A stretch of DNA of 64,000 nucleotides from Octopus vulgaris (GCA_951406725.2 OX597838.1:9858001-9922000), one strand, 5' to 3'; numbered from the stretch's first letter, positions 27,273-41,031 are shown. The notes: generated by a model not told the origin, from the sequence alone. Program-made: numbers and translations.

Positions 27273-28371
27273 TGAGGGTGTACCCAAAAATTAATGGAAA
27301 CCTTCTCTGTGGGACAAACCCATTGTAGTTCAGGCTTCCGCCTCTAGAAACCACTTGATGTGAGCCTCAAGCATCAGTCTGCTGACTGGCATTGTTGTGT
27401 GAAGTTGTACTGCCACATGATATGTGTTTTACAGTGCTTCTTCCCTGTTTGCCAATTTTTACCACCACTGAAACAAAGGAGCAGCATGCTTCCATGAAAT
27501 TCTGTTTTCTCTTGGGGAAACCAGTGGCTGAAAAAGTCATCGTGCTTCAAACAGCTTACAAGGATGCTGCCATGAGCAACACATAAGTTTATGAGCAGTT
27601 TCCACACTTTAGGAATGGTCTCTTGTCACTTGAAGACCAACGTTGTTTAGGACGACTGACAACCTCCTGAATGAATGAAAACATCCCAAAAATTCATGAA
27701 CTAATTTCAATTATAATTAGTTAACACTTAAATGTTGTTTTTTTGTTTTTGCTTTTGTTTTTAGCTTTTTGGGAGCAGAATTAGAAATTAATATAATGAT
27801 TCGTTCTCATCACTCAAGATATAATTTTAATTAATATCTCCTAGTTTAAGATATAAGGCATGCTAGTGCCAACTTTGCATATAGACAGATAGCTACATAG
27901 CTAGCTTATTGGAGGACCATCACCAAACAATTGATGAACTTGTTAATATGACTGGTGTATCCTGGAGCTCCTGGAAACGAATTTTGGGTGAAGAATTGCA
28001 AATGGAAAGAGTTGCAACAAAATTTGTACCTTGCTTGATCACAGAAGATCAAAAGCAGTCACAACTGAATGCGTGTCATGAACTGAAAGAAAAGCTGGAA
28101 GTTGATTTGGACCTTTTTGCAAAGGTCACCACTGGTGACGAAAGGTAGTGCCATAGAATTTGCGTATGCGGAAGAGGTGAAGAAAAAATGATGGAGGTGT
28201 TAAAAGGCATCACTTCACAAGAGTTCCAGCACTGCATTGAATACTATAAAATGCACCTGGACTGGTGCATTGCTTCAATTGGAGAATTCTTTGAATGTAA
28301 TAAGAGTGTAAACATATAAAACTAATGAAATGATATTGCAAAATTCTGGTTTCTTTCGGGTACCCCCCTCG
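27273..28371 (+). mobile_element. Degenerate, internally deleted mariner transposon
   Basis: TA-flanked TIRs (GAGGGTGTACCCAAAAA / TTTCGGGTACCCCCCTCG). Translation EQHASMKFCFLLGK..LQTAYKDAAMS..IHELI|LEDHHQTIDELVNMTGVSWSS..RVATKFVPCLITEDQK..KVTTGDE covers the HTH, the WVPHEL-like motif and the first catalytic Asp. Confidence 0.92.
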
Positions 28372-28578
28372 TACATAGTTTAATTATTTCCAAGTGTGGA
28401 GCTGTGACTCAGCTGGTGGTTGTTAGTTTTATATTGCTTTCTGATTTATTCCACTGTTAGTTTGTTTGCATATCCATCCATCCATCCATCCATCCATCTA
28501 CCTGTTTATGTAGCTACACATTTACCTAGGTAAATAAATAGATTGACAGACAGGTAGATACATAGACAATTATGTATC

Positions 28579-28990
28579 GGCGAGCTGGCAGAAACGTTAG
28601 CACACCAGGCGAAATGCGTAGCCGTATTTCGTCTGCCGTTACGTTCTGAGTTCAAATTCCGCCGAGGTTGACTTTCCCTTTCATCCTTTCGGGGTCGATT
28701 AAATAAGTACCAGTTACGCACTGGGGTCGATATAATCGACTTAATCTGTTTGTCTGTCCTTGTTTGTCCTCTCTGTGTTTAGCCCCTTGTGGGTAGTAAA
28801 GAAATAGGTATTTCGTCTGCCGTTACATTCTGAATTCAAATTCCGCCGAGGTCGACTTTGCCTTTCATCCTTTCGGGGTCGATTAAATAAGTACCAGTTA
28901 TGCACTGGGGTCGATATAATCGATTTAATCCGTTTGTCTGTCCTTGTTTGTCCTCTCTGTGTTTAGCCCCTTGTGGGTAGTAAAGAAATA
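28579..28990 (+). mobile_element. SINE family B, head plus two 184-bp units
   Basis: 19-bp TSD TAGATACATAGACAATTAT at 28555-28573 and 28989-29007. Confidence 0.92.
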
Positions 28991-30932
28991 GATACATAGA
29001 CAATTATAACTGCATGTGTTTTTAACAAATTCCTAGATAACAATCAGTTGTGAATCGAGCTAATAAGCTAGCTATGTAGCTATCTGTCTATATGTAAAGT
29101 TGGCACTAGCATGCCTTATATCATAAACTAGGAGATATTAATTAAAATTATATCTTGAGTGATGAGAACGAATCGTTATTTTAATTTCTAATTCTGCTCC
29201 CAAAAAGCTAAAAACAAAAGCAAAAACAAAAAAAAAACAACATTTAAGTGTTAACTAATTATAATTGAAATTAATTAAATATGAAATGTGCAATGGGGAG
29301 AGTTAGTTTGATAATTAGCAGTTTCGATGACAATTCTAGGGAGGTTTTGGTTGAATTGGACCTCCTTAGCAAACTGAAAACTTGCCCAGAGTCAGGATCA
29401 CACTTGTCACAGAAAAGGCTCATTCTGTTCCTGCTTCACTATTTAATTAATATTAATTAAAACTTCAGTATTGTCTCCCTTGTCTCTCTTCATCAAAATT
29501 AGTCATTAAGATAATTAGCAAAATTTTCTCATCATTAAGGGTGAAAATTTTAATAAACTGAAAATTTTTGGCTGACTACGTTAATTATATCTGTGAAATA
29601 GATAAGTAGATAGGTGGATGGGTGGGTAGATGAGTGGGTAGATAGGTGGGTGCCGGCTTAGCGTTGTGATAAGAAATTTGCTTCCCAACCACCTGGTTTA
29701 AGGTTCAGTTCCACTGTACAGCACCTTAAACAAGTGTCTTTTACTATAGCTCTGGGTCAGCCAAAACATTGTGAGTGGATTTGGTGGATGGAATCTGAAA
29801 GAAATGAAGGTGGTGAGCTGAGTTCAAATTCCACTGTGGTCAACTTTGCTTTTCATCCTTTCGAGGTCGATTAAATAGGTACCAGTTACGCACTGGGGTC
29901 GATATAATAATACATACATATACATACATACACACTCACACCCATACCCACAACAGGTTTCCACTTGGTTTCCATTGACCAAATCAGCCACAAAGCATTG
30001 GTTGACCCAGAGCTGTTGTAGAAGACACTTGCTCAAGGTGCCATGCAGTGGGACTGAACCTGATACCGCATGATTGCAAAGTGAGCTCCTTAACCACACA
30101 GCCATGCCTGCATAAATAAGAAACAATTGATGAAGCAGAGTGAGGCACAATATTCTCATTGTTTATTGAGGTTTATTGTGATATTTGTCAGTTTTGGTTG
30201 CTGCTAGATTGCTAGATTGGTTGTTGGTTCATTAGGAAGTCTGACATGTTGATGGCTAGCTAGCTTGCTATAGCTAGCTACCTCAATTTGAAAACTAAAT
30301 AGTTCTGCTTATCTCCGCAGCTAGCAAAGCTAGACTAGTCGCTCCTTCACTATTTTTCATGCTGAGCAAGGAGCCTATATATCATTGCTCGACTTGCTAT
30401 AAATAACAACCAAATATGTGTTTTGTTAGTTTTGGTTTTTTAAAGATCATACCCTACTTACTGTCTGATGAAAAAAAAAAAAAACCCCTGATAAAATGAC
30501 AAATAAGAGAATGAAATTAAGGATATATGAAAATACTAATTGATCAGGGATGGAATTTCTGTGGGTTTTTTCCTTTTTTTTTTTGATCTGGGGACTAAAC
30601 AACAATAACAACAACAGCAGCAAATCACTATTTCTTTGTTTATGTCTCTGGTTTCTCTATCTTAAGAGTTTATCTTTTAATCTGTCTAAATATAGATTTC
30701 CTTGTCTACCTCTGTCTGTCACTCTATCTCTCTTCCTTTCCCCTTCCTCCCTTTCTCTGTCACACTCACCCTCCTTCGCTCTTTCATCCTCGTTCTCTTT
30801 CTGTCCTCTCTCTTTCTCCTTTCTCACTTCTTTTTTCTCTCTTTCTCCCTGTCTTTCTGTCTCCCTCCTTCACACTTTCTCTCTCTCTCTCTCTCTCTTC
30901 CTCCCTTTCTCTTTTTCACTCTTTCTCAGTCC

Positions 30933-30973
<41 letters not shown>

Positions 30974-31617
30974 TCTCTTTCTCTTTTTCACTCTTTCTCA
31001 GTCCCTTTTTTTTTCTCTCTCTCTCCTTCACTCCTTCACTATTTTTCCCTCACTCTTTCTGTCTCTCCCACTCTCCTTCCCTTTCTCCCTCCCCTCAAAT
31101 ATATTTTCTAAAATTTGAGACACTGGACTTAGGGTTTTCTCTGGGCTGAACCAACAGGTAACAATAAAAAAATACTTTTATTGCCAAATCAAATCCATTT
31201 CCAGATTGGCTGCCACAACACCTTAAGTATTTTACCATTAATTTCTTGGAGTGTCTTGAAATTAAGTCAAATCAGATCATGACTTAAGTATACCCATGTG
31301 GTTAAGAAGCTCACTTTCTAACCATGTTGTCTCCGGTTCAATCCCACTGCTTGGTATCGTGGGCAAGTGTCTTTAATAGCCCCAGGTCAACTAATAGCTT
31401 GTGAGTGAATTTGATAGACAGAAACTGTGTGGTAAGAAGCTTGCTTCCCAACCACATGGTTCCAAGTTCAGTCCCACTGCGTGGCACCTTGGGTAAGTGT
31501 CTTCTACTATAGCCTCGGGCCAACCAAAGTCTTGTGAGTGGATTTGGTTGATGATGATATATATGCATGTGTAAATGTGCACATGTGTGTGTGTGTGTGT
31601 GTGTGTTTGTGTATCTC

Positions 31618-31985
31618 TTTACTCTTTTACTCTTTTACTTGTTTCAGTCATTTGACTGCGGCCATGCTGGAGCACCGCATTTAGTCAAGCAACTCAACCC
31701 CGGGACTTATTCTTTTGCTGAACCGCTAAGTAGCGAGGACATAAACACACCAGCATCGGTTGTCAAGCAATGCTAGGGGGACAAACACAGACACACAAAC
31801 ACCCACACGCATATATATATATATATACGACGGGCTTCTTTCAGTTTCCATCTACCAAATCCACTCACAAAGCTTTGGTCGGCCCGAGGCTATAGTAGAA
31901 GACACTTGCCCAAAGTGCCACGCAGTGGGACTGAACCCGGAACCATGTGGCTGGTAAACAAGCTACTTACCACACAGCCACTCCT
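31618..31985 (-). mobile_element. SINE family A
   Basis: Colinear with family A, with a short internal deletion. Confidence 0.9.
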
Positions 31986-32324
31986 CTATAAACATAACAG
32001 AGGGTCAGATACATGTATATAATTTCACCAACACAGAAACACATTGCATGAGCATGAGTAAACTAAGTGCAGTGGGAACGAAAACAAAATATGAGATGTG
32101 AACTGGTAAATGAAACGACTTAAAATGGGAGGTGGTGGGGGTGGAATGAAAGCAAAACTCTTTTGACAAATGTTTACACAAAAAGACTGGGGGGGGGGAA
32201 CAATAACAACTGCGCATTACATAACAAGAAGGCGAAAACATACAATAAAATAGTGTAAACATAATACAAATGAAAATACAACTATTTGTCAGGCATCAGT
32301 TAAATAAGGGGTTTTAGATGTCTC

Positions 32325-32745
32325 TCTCTTTTACTCTTTTACTCTTTTACTTGTTTCAGTCATTTGACTGCGGCCATGCTGGAGCACCGCCTTTTAGTCG
32401 AGCAAATCGACCACGGGACTTATTCTTTTTGTAAGCCCAGTACTTATTCTATCGGTCTCTTTTGCCGAACCGCTAAGTGACGGGGACGTAAACACACCAG
32501 CATCGGTTGTCAAGCAATGCTAGGGGGACAAACACAGACACACAAACACACACACATACATATACATATATATATATATATATATACGACAGGCTTCTTT
32601 CAGTTTCTGTCTACCAAATTCACTCACAAGGCATTGGTCAGCCTGGGGCTATAGCAGAAGACACTTGCCCAAAATGCCACACAGTGGGACTGAACCCGAA
32701 CCATGTGGTTGGTTAGCAAGCTACTTACCAAACAGCCACTCCTGT
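32325..32745 (-). mobile_element. SINE family A, full length
   Basis: Colinear with family A. Confidence 0.92.
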
Positions 32746-32789
32746 GTATATACTATAAGTAGATCTTTACAATTACTGAGTATATGTGT

Positions 32790-33190
32790 GCATCAGGAGT
32801 GGCTGTGTGGTAAGTAGCTTGCTAACCAACCACATGGTTCCGGGTTCAGTCCCACTGCGTGACATCTTGGGCAAGTGTCTTCTGCTATAGTCCCGGGCCG
32901 ACCAATGCCTTGTGAGTGAATTTGGTAGACGGAAACTGAAAGAAGTCTGTCGTATATATGTATACATATGTATATGTATGTGTGTGTGTGTGTGTTTGTC
33001 CCCCTAGCATTGCTTGACAACCGATGCTGGTGTGTTTATGTCCCCGTCACTTAGCGGTTCGGCAAAAGAGACCAATAGAATAAGTACTGGGCTTACAAAG
33101 AATAAGTCCTGGGGTCGATTTGCTCGACTAAAGGCGGTGCTCCAGCCTGGCCACAGTCAAATGACTGAAACAAGTAAAAGAGTAAAGAGT
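32790..33190 (+). mobile_element. SINE family A, full length
   Basis: Colinear with family A; head-to-head with the previous copy. Confidence 0.92.
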
Positions 33191-33667
33191 ATACGTATTA
33201 TCTCTTGTTTTAGCTATTAGACTGTGGCCAAGCTGGGGCACTGCCTTGAAGAATTTTTAGTCAAATGTATTGACTCCAGTACATATTTATTTAAAGCCTT
33301 GTACTTATTCTCTTGGTCTCTTTTGCTGAACTGCTAAGTTACGGGGACATAAACACACCAGCGGTGGGGTGGGGTGGGGTGGGGTGGGTGGGCAGACAAA
33401 TATAGACACACACACACACATGTTCTTTTATTCTTTTACTTTCAGTCATTTGACTGTAGCTATACTAGAGCACCACCTTCAGGGGTTTTAATCAGACAAA
33501 TCGACCCCAGGACTTATTTTTTAAGCCTAGTATTTATTCTATCAGTCTCATTTGCTGGACTGCTAAGTTACAGGGATGTAAACACATCAACATCAGTTGT
33601 CAAATGGTAATGGGGGAGCAAAGACACACACACACAAACATATACATACATATATATACACATATGT

Positions 33668-33972
33668 GGAGGCGCAATGGCCCAGTGGTTAGGGCAGCGG
33701 ACTCGCGGTCGTAGGATCGCGGTTTCAATTCCCAGACCGGGCGTTGTGAGTGTTTATTGAGTGAAAACACCTAAAGCTCCACGAGGCTCCGGCAGAGGGT
33801 GGTGGCGATCCCTGCTGTACTCTTTCGCCGCAACTTTCTCTCACTCTTTCTTCTGTTGGCCTGCTCGCTTAGCCAGTGGGGTGGCGTCATTTGAAGGCTA
33901 AAAAACAATGCGAAGCACATTGTGACGTAGCAACATCTGATAGCCTGGTCGGTCACGGTGATCATGGTGATA
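33668..33972 (+). mobile_element. tRNA-derived SINE family D
   Basis: A box TGGCCCAGTGG, B-box-like GGTTTCAATTCCC; 5' half shared with 21307-21621. Confidence 0.85.
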
Positions 33973-34029
33973 TATACATATAAATATAAATAATATATAA
34001 ATAATATATACGTATAAATAATATATATA

Positions 34030-34210
34030 TAGTTAATCCAAACATGAAAGCACAAAAAAAAACACAAGGACATAGAACAAATATAGTATTATTGGACGCT
34101 CAGGAAAGAAGGAGGGTTTAACGTTTCGAGCGGAGCTCTTCGTCGGAAACATAGGAGAAGGAAAGATCCAGAGAAGGGAAGACAGAGGAAAAAAAATCAC
34201 CAACGGTACT
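34030..34210 (-). mobile_element. Penelope-like terminal repeat fragment with a minimal hammerhead (second copy 59322-59512, +)
   Basis: Two near-identical copies in opposite orientation; motif GTTT-CCGACGA-A-GAGCTCCGCTC-GAAAC-GTT-AAAC. Confidence 0.65.
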
Positions 34211-34310
34211 ACTCACGGAGTGGTTGGTGTTAGAAAGGGCATCTAGCTGTAGAAACACTGCCAGATCAGGCTGGAGTCTGGTGCAGCCTCCTGGCTTCCC
34301 AGACCCCAGA

Positions 34311-35237
34311 TGATGGAGGGATTGAGGGAGAAGTTTTGGAAAAGGAAGAAAGCATTTGAAAGCAAGTGTTTGAAGGTAAACGTTGGGAAGACAAAGGTGA
34401 TGGTGAGCAGGGTGGAAGGAGAAGTGTTAGTGTATAAGGTGGATCTATGTTGTGTATGCTCTGTTGTGCATGAGATGTGAAAAATGGATTTATGGTGGGC
34501 GTACGAAAATGAAGAAGGTGACCCAAAGACTGGCAAGAGAGTTTGTTTGTGGAAGATGTGAGAAAGGAGCTGGAGGGCTGGCGGAGTCAGTGGAAACACT
34601 ATGTGACAAGGTGGAGCTGGTGAGAGGGTTTTGTTATTTGGGAGATAGGGTGGATGTGAAGCAGCTGTGACAGCTGGGTGAAGTTCATGGAATGTGGAGG
34701 GTTATTGTATGGGAAAAGGTCCTCACTGAAGACGAAAGGGAAGGTTTTTAGGAGTTGTTTGAGAGCTGCAATGCTGTATGAGAGTGAGACATGGTGTCCG
34801 AGAGAGAGAGAGAAATGGCAATTTTGAGTAGGACTGAGGGAGCAATGGTGAGAGAAATGTGTGGCTGTTTGATAAAAGAAGGACTGAGGACTTGATGGGG
34901 TTGCTGGGGTTGGAGGAATCAGTGGAACGGCTGGCAAAGGCAAATGGAGTGCGGTGGTATAGGCATGTATTGAGGAGGGATGAGGAGTATGTTCTGAAGA
35001 GGGTGCTAGAGTTTGAGGTAAATGGATAGCAAAAACGAGGTAGACTGAAGAAAATGTGAAGGGGACAGGTGGGGGAGGAGATTGGGAGGGTTGGCTTGAG
35101 AAGGGTGGACGCCCAAAACCAGGCAAGATGGCGAGATGGTGTGAGGTCAGCTGCTATGGCATTGAGGTAGATCTGGCCACCCCCCATTAATGGGGACAAA
35201 ACCCAGATTCAAAATGATGGATGATGATGATGATGAT
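34311..35237 (+). mobile_element. Degenerate RTE-clade LINE 3' half (end of RT, Cys-rich insert, C-terminus) with (GAT)n tail
   Basis: Translation fragments KAFESKCLKVNVGKTKVMVS, VELVRGFCYLGD, AMLYESETW, ANGVRWYRHVLRRDEEYVLKRVL. The 3' end is duplicated at 35490-35622. Confidence 0.88.
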
Positions 35238-35621
35238 ACACACACACATACACACACACGTGCGCACACACACACACACATACACACACACGTGCGCACA
35301 CACACACACACATACACACACACACATACACACACAAACACACACATACACACATACACACGCATACACACACATACACACACACATACACACATACACA
35401 CACACACACATACACACACACACACTCACGCACACACACATACACACATAATAGAAGTAAGCAGGGCCATGTTTAAGAAGTTCACTTAAGGGAGGACGCC
35501 GAAAACCAGGCAAGATGACGAGATGGTGTGAGGTCGGCTGCTATGGCTCTGAGGTAGATCCGGCCACCCCAGTTAATGGGGACAAAACCCTGATTCAAAA
35601 TGATGGATGATGATGGCGATG

Positions 35622-35690
<69 letters not shown>

Positions 35691-36219
35691 CACACATAAT
35701 AGAAGTAAGCAGGGCTATGTTTAAGAAGTTCACTTCTCAACCACGTGATTGATTTCCGGTTTAATTCCATTTTGTCCATTTTTTTTTTCAATGCTCAAAT
35801 GGATTAGATAAACATATTATTAGGGGATTTAAGGCGTTGTTTTACAACTGGAAACCCTTCCTGTCGCTAACCCTTATCCGAATATCAAGCGAGGGCTCTG
35901 GTATTCCACGTGTCTTCAAAAGTGCAAAGCTCTGCTAATAATTCGTTGACGTGAAATGACAGTAGCTTCATTGATTTTCAGACAAGTGCAAACGCAGACA
36001 AACACACAGACACACACACACACATGCAGATGCTCACGCACACGGGTGTATGTGTATGCATAGGAGTGTGTGTTCGTGTATACATGATGTGCTTCAGTCA
36101 GCCTAGGGTTGAAGACACCTCCCCATAGTGTCACACGGTGGAATTGAACCTTGAGCCATGTGACTTGGAATAGGACGTCTTAAGCACACAGCCAAGGCTG
36201 TATACATGCATAATTATAC

Positions 36220-36276
<57 letters not shown>

Positions 36277-36321
36277 TTGAATTTCTAAATCTCTCGTAGA
36301 GACATGTACGGTGGTGGGGCG

Positions 36322-36628
36322 ATAGAATGGTTGTATACTGTCAATCTAACAAGAACGTGACAGTAGGGGGTACACCACCGCTGTATAGCCCTAGGAAGCA
36401 TCGAACGCCTCCTGATAGCTTTGACACATTTTTTCCCTGTGTCCTTATATAGATATACGAAGGGGAGACAAACACCCCCGGCTGCCGGAACTGCATCTAG
36501 GGACACCGTGTTTCAGGATCATTGTCCTTCATCGGCCTAGAGTAGCAGACACCGGTCAGCTTCCTAGGGCTATACAGCGGTGGTGTACCCCCTACTGTCA
36601 CGTTCTTGTTAGATTGACAGTATACAAC

Positions 36629-36636
<8 letters not shown>
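36322..36636. mobile_element. Young MITE with perfect 78-bp terminal inverted repeats
   Basis: 36322-36399 is the exact reverse complement of 36559-36636; 159-bp spacer; abuts (TA)n. Confidence 0.85.
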
Positions 36637-36668
<32 letters not shown>

Positions 36669-36970
36669 GTACATATATTCACTGTATGTGTATGATTATT
36701 TTACATTAGCCAGCAGACTCTGTTAATATAAGATGAGACAGCTGTATATCGGGTGTGTTTTTAACATACTGTTATGCACACACACACACACACACACACA
36801 CATGCACACACACATGCACACACACACACACACACACACACATGCACACACACACATGCACTCACACACACACACATATGCACTATAAATGAAATACTAC
36901 AAAACACACAAGCACACGCGAATTCATGTACACTTATGCAAATTGCAGCTATGTAACTTATTGATCCGGG

Positions 36971-37057
<87 letters not shown>

Positions 37058-37628
37058 GAACAGTGGGAAAATTATGATATCACAGCAGTGATGCTGTCTT
37101 TGTATAGCCGCTCGGTTTGCTAGAAACAGCAATGAAATCTCCATCAAACCACACCTACTGTCTTCAAAAAAAAAAAAAAAAGGGAAGGATATATTTTTGG
37201 TAATTAAATCCTAGATTAACAATGTTTAGAAAATGTTGGTGTGGGCATGACTGGAGTGTCTTTGATCTTAAATCTGCTTGATCATACTTGACCCAAAATC
37301 GGTCAATCAATCGATCACTCACTCAGTCCAGCCAACGGCCTGTTTGTCCAGCTGTCTATGTCTGTCTGTTTGTCTATCCATCTATGTCTATCGATCTATC
37401 TATCTTTCTATCTGTATGTCTGTCTGTCTGTCAGGCAGTCTATCTGTCTGTCTGTTTGCCTGTCTATCTATATATATATGTCTGTCTGGCAATCTGTCCA
37501 TCTGTCTGAGAGTCTGTCTGTCTGTCCATCTATTTGTCTATCTGTCTGCCTATCTGTCAATCTATCTGTCTGCTTGTCTATCTATCTATCTATCTATCTG
37601 TCTATCTACCTGTCTATCTATCCATCTG

Positions 37629-37680
<52 letters not shown>

Positions 37681-37837
37681 CCTTTCTATCTATCTGTCTG
37701 TTTGTTCATCTATCTATCTGTCTATCTATTTCTCTGTCAGTCTGTCATGTAGCTGTAATATAACTGAAAGATAATACATTTCTGTATCGAGTTCTCTTTA
37801 AAATTATTCTGATATGTGGGTGTGTGTGTTTGTTTAA

Positions 37838-37904
<67 letters not shown>

Positions 37905-38921
37905 TGTGTGTGTGCGCATTTCAAAAATCTGTCTCAAAAAAAACTCTGACCCATGCGAGCATGGGAAAGTGGATGTTAAACCAGTAATGAAGATGATGAT
38001 GTAATTAATGAAAATCACTTGATATCACCAAGGGCAGAAATACTCTCCCCACTTTAACCATCAATATATAGTAACCAAAACAGATAAATAAATTTTATAT
38101 GAAAAGAGTTATAACCCTTGAGGGGGTGGACAAACAACAAGTGCGAGTAGCACACTGCCAATTATGTTAATAGAGTTTAAGGTTTTGGTAACTGTGCATG
38201 TATTATTAGCAGAAAAAGCCCTGGTCTTCATCTCAGTACAAGTTCTCTCCCTTGTCCCTTTTGAGATTAAGCTTCATAAGCGTTAACGACTTTCCTTCTT
38301 GTTACAATTATAATTATAAATATTATTTAAATATTGCTTTTAATTACTACATTAAGTTTGGTTAGCCTGCACTTGAATATACATGCATGCATGCATTATA
38401 TAAACACAGGCACAGCTGCGTGTTTAAGAAGTGCACTTTATAACATGGTTTTGGTTTTAGTTCCAATGTGCCATTCAGTGCCATGTGAGTGAATATGGTA
38501 GATGGAAACTGTGTGGAATCCCATTAGATATATGTGCGCTTGTGTTTGTCCCACTGATTGACGACTAATGTTGGTTTATGTCCCTATAACTTAGTGGTTT
38601 GGCAAAAGTGATTGATAGAATAAGTACCAAACTTAAAGGTACATACTACGGTCAATTTGTTCAACTACGTTCTTCGAGGAAGTGCCCCAGGGTATGTACA
38701 GCCCATCTAAGATTTTTGTGTGTGTGTGTGTGTGGTTGGGTTTTTTGTTAGCTGACCCTTCATCACTTTCTGACTAAGTCAATATTTACCCACGCCCGGA
38801 TGTGTTTTCTGTGGAAGATCGGTAATGAAGGGCACCGCTTATGCAATGGTGATGCTTATTTACATCATGTGATGTCAAGACAAAGAAACAGACAGACACA
38901 TGCACTCACGTGTATATATAT

Positions 38922-39077
<156 letters not shown>

Positions 39078-39880
39078 TATATAAATGCACACACATGTAT
39101 ATATACACACATATATAAATATATATACACACACACGTATATGTACATACATATATAAATACATACGTACATATACATATATATATAAATATATATACAC
39201 ACACATATATACATACATACATGTATAAATATATACGCACACATACACATGCATATATGTGTGTATATATATATATGTGTGTGTATGTGTGTGTATATAT
39301 ATATACACACATAAATACACACACATGTAAATATACACACATATATAAATATATATATACACACATACGTATATGTACGTACATATATAAATACACACGC
39401 ACATGTACATATACATATATATATACACACACACTTTTACATACATGTATAAATATATATACGCACACATACACATGCATATATGTGTATATATATATAT
39501 ATGTGCGTGTGTGTGTGTGTGTGTGTGTTGCGTTGTGTGTGTATGTATTTAAGTGTATGTATATATAATATACATACACTTAAATAGGACAGGTTTCTTT
39601 CTGTTGCTGTCTACTAAATCCATTACAAGGTTTTGTTCAGTCTGGGGCTGTGTGGATGTAGAAGACTCTTGTCCAAGGTGAACCTGAGACCATCTGGTTG
39701 GGAAGTGGAACTTCTGTAATCATACAAACATCCCTGCACCTGCCTTAGACATTATTATTATTATCATTAGGGTCCACAAAAGGGGTAGCTGTAATTAACA
39801 GACATTATTTCATTTGCCATACAAACTCCACTCTACTTCAAATCGCCTACAGCGACTTGTGTCTAGTCAAAGAAGACATA

Positions 39881-39935
<55 letters not shown>

Positions 39936-40482
39936 AACTGGCTATCGATGCAGTTGGTATTGTTGTTCTGTCTCAACCTCCCCCACCCGCTAAATTTGCT
40001 CTGACCAAACACAGTTCAAAGCCATTTCAGCCATGACCATTCCACCTGATTAGATTTAATGTCTAAGGACATAACGTTCTTTTTTTTTTCTTTTCTTTCT
40101 CAAGACAAATAAATGATCTGATTTGAAGGGGAAAATTGGCTGCTATTTCTAGCAAATTGAGCAATCATGTACAGAGGTTCCCTTGCTGTTACTACTACAG
40201 CCACCACCAACACCACTACCACCACTACTGCTAATACTACTACTTTGATAACTAATGATATCACTGATGTCCAGGCTGTGGAAAGCCTGTACATAGTTGC
40301 TCTCTCAATCTGCTAGAGATAGCAGCCAAATACCCCTCCCGCCTTCCAGTTCATAACACATCTTACCATGATTCTATGTCTTTAAAAACAAATTGAAGGC
40401 AGAACAATTAGCCACATTATGACGATGTAGTCCTAAATATTACAATATATATACATACATATATATATATATAGAGAGAGAG

Positions 40483-40542
<60 letters not shown>

Positions 40543-40640
40543 TGATACATATATATATATAATAAAATAACAAAATAATAAAATAAAATAACATAAAATA
40601 ATATATATATATATATACATACATATATATATATATATAC

Positions 40641-40690
<50 letters not shown>

Positions 40691-40916
40691 GTATATATGT
40701 ATGAAGAAAGAAAAATAAAGGTGAGACAGTCATGTCTGGAACGCCTATGATCATCAGCATCATTGATCCTGCCAGAAGAATGTTGATTTAGAAAGGTAGG
40801 TGATGGTGCTACAACAACCAGTAAATAAATAACAACTACTGCCACTTCGACTGTCACCACCCAGCGCAAGCACTTGTACAACTGTTTGCCTTGTGGTCTA
40901 GCCAAAACAAGCCATT

Positions 40917-40977
<61 letters not shown>

Positions 40978-41031
40978 AGGTGCTGCTGTTATTGTCACAT
41001 ATCACCACCACCACTACTAATACTACTGCTG

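Noticed and set aside
30455-30480. Isolated CTGATGA motifs (also the reverse at ~51805 and ~60958)
   Set aside because: No GAAA or stems in hammerhead register.
33668-33740. tRNA gene (also the heads of families A, D, E, F)
   Set aside because: A/B boxes continue into multi-copy SINE bodies; no clean cloverleaf or terminator.
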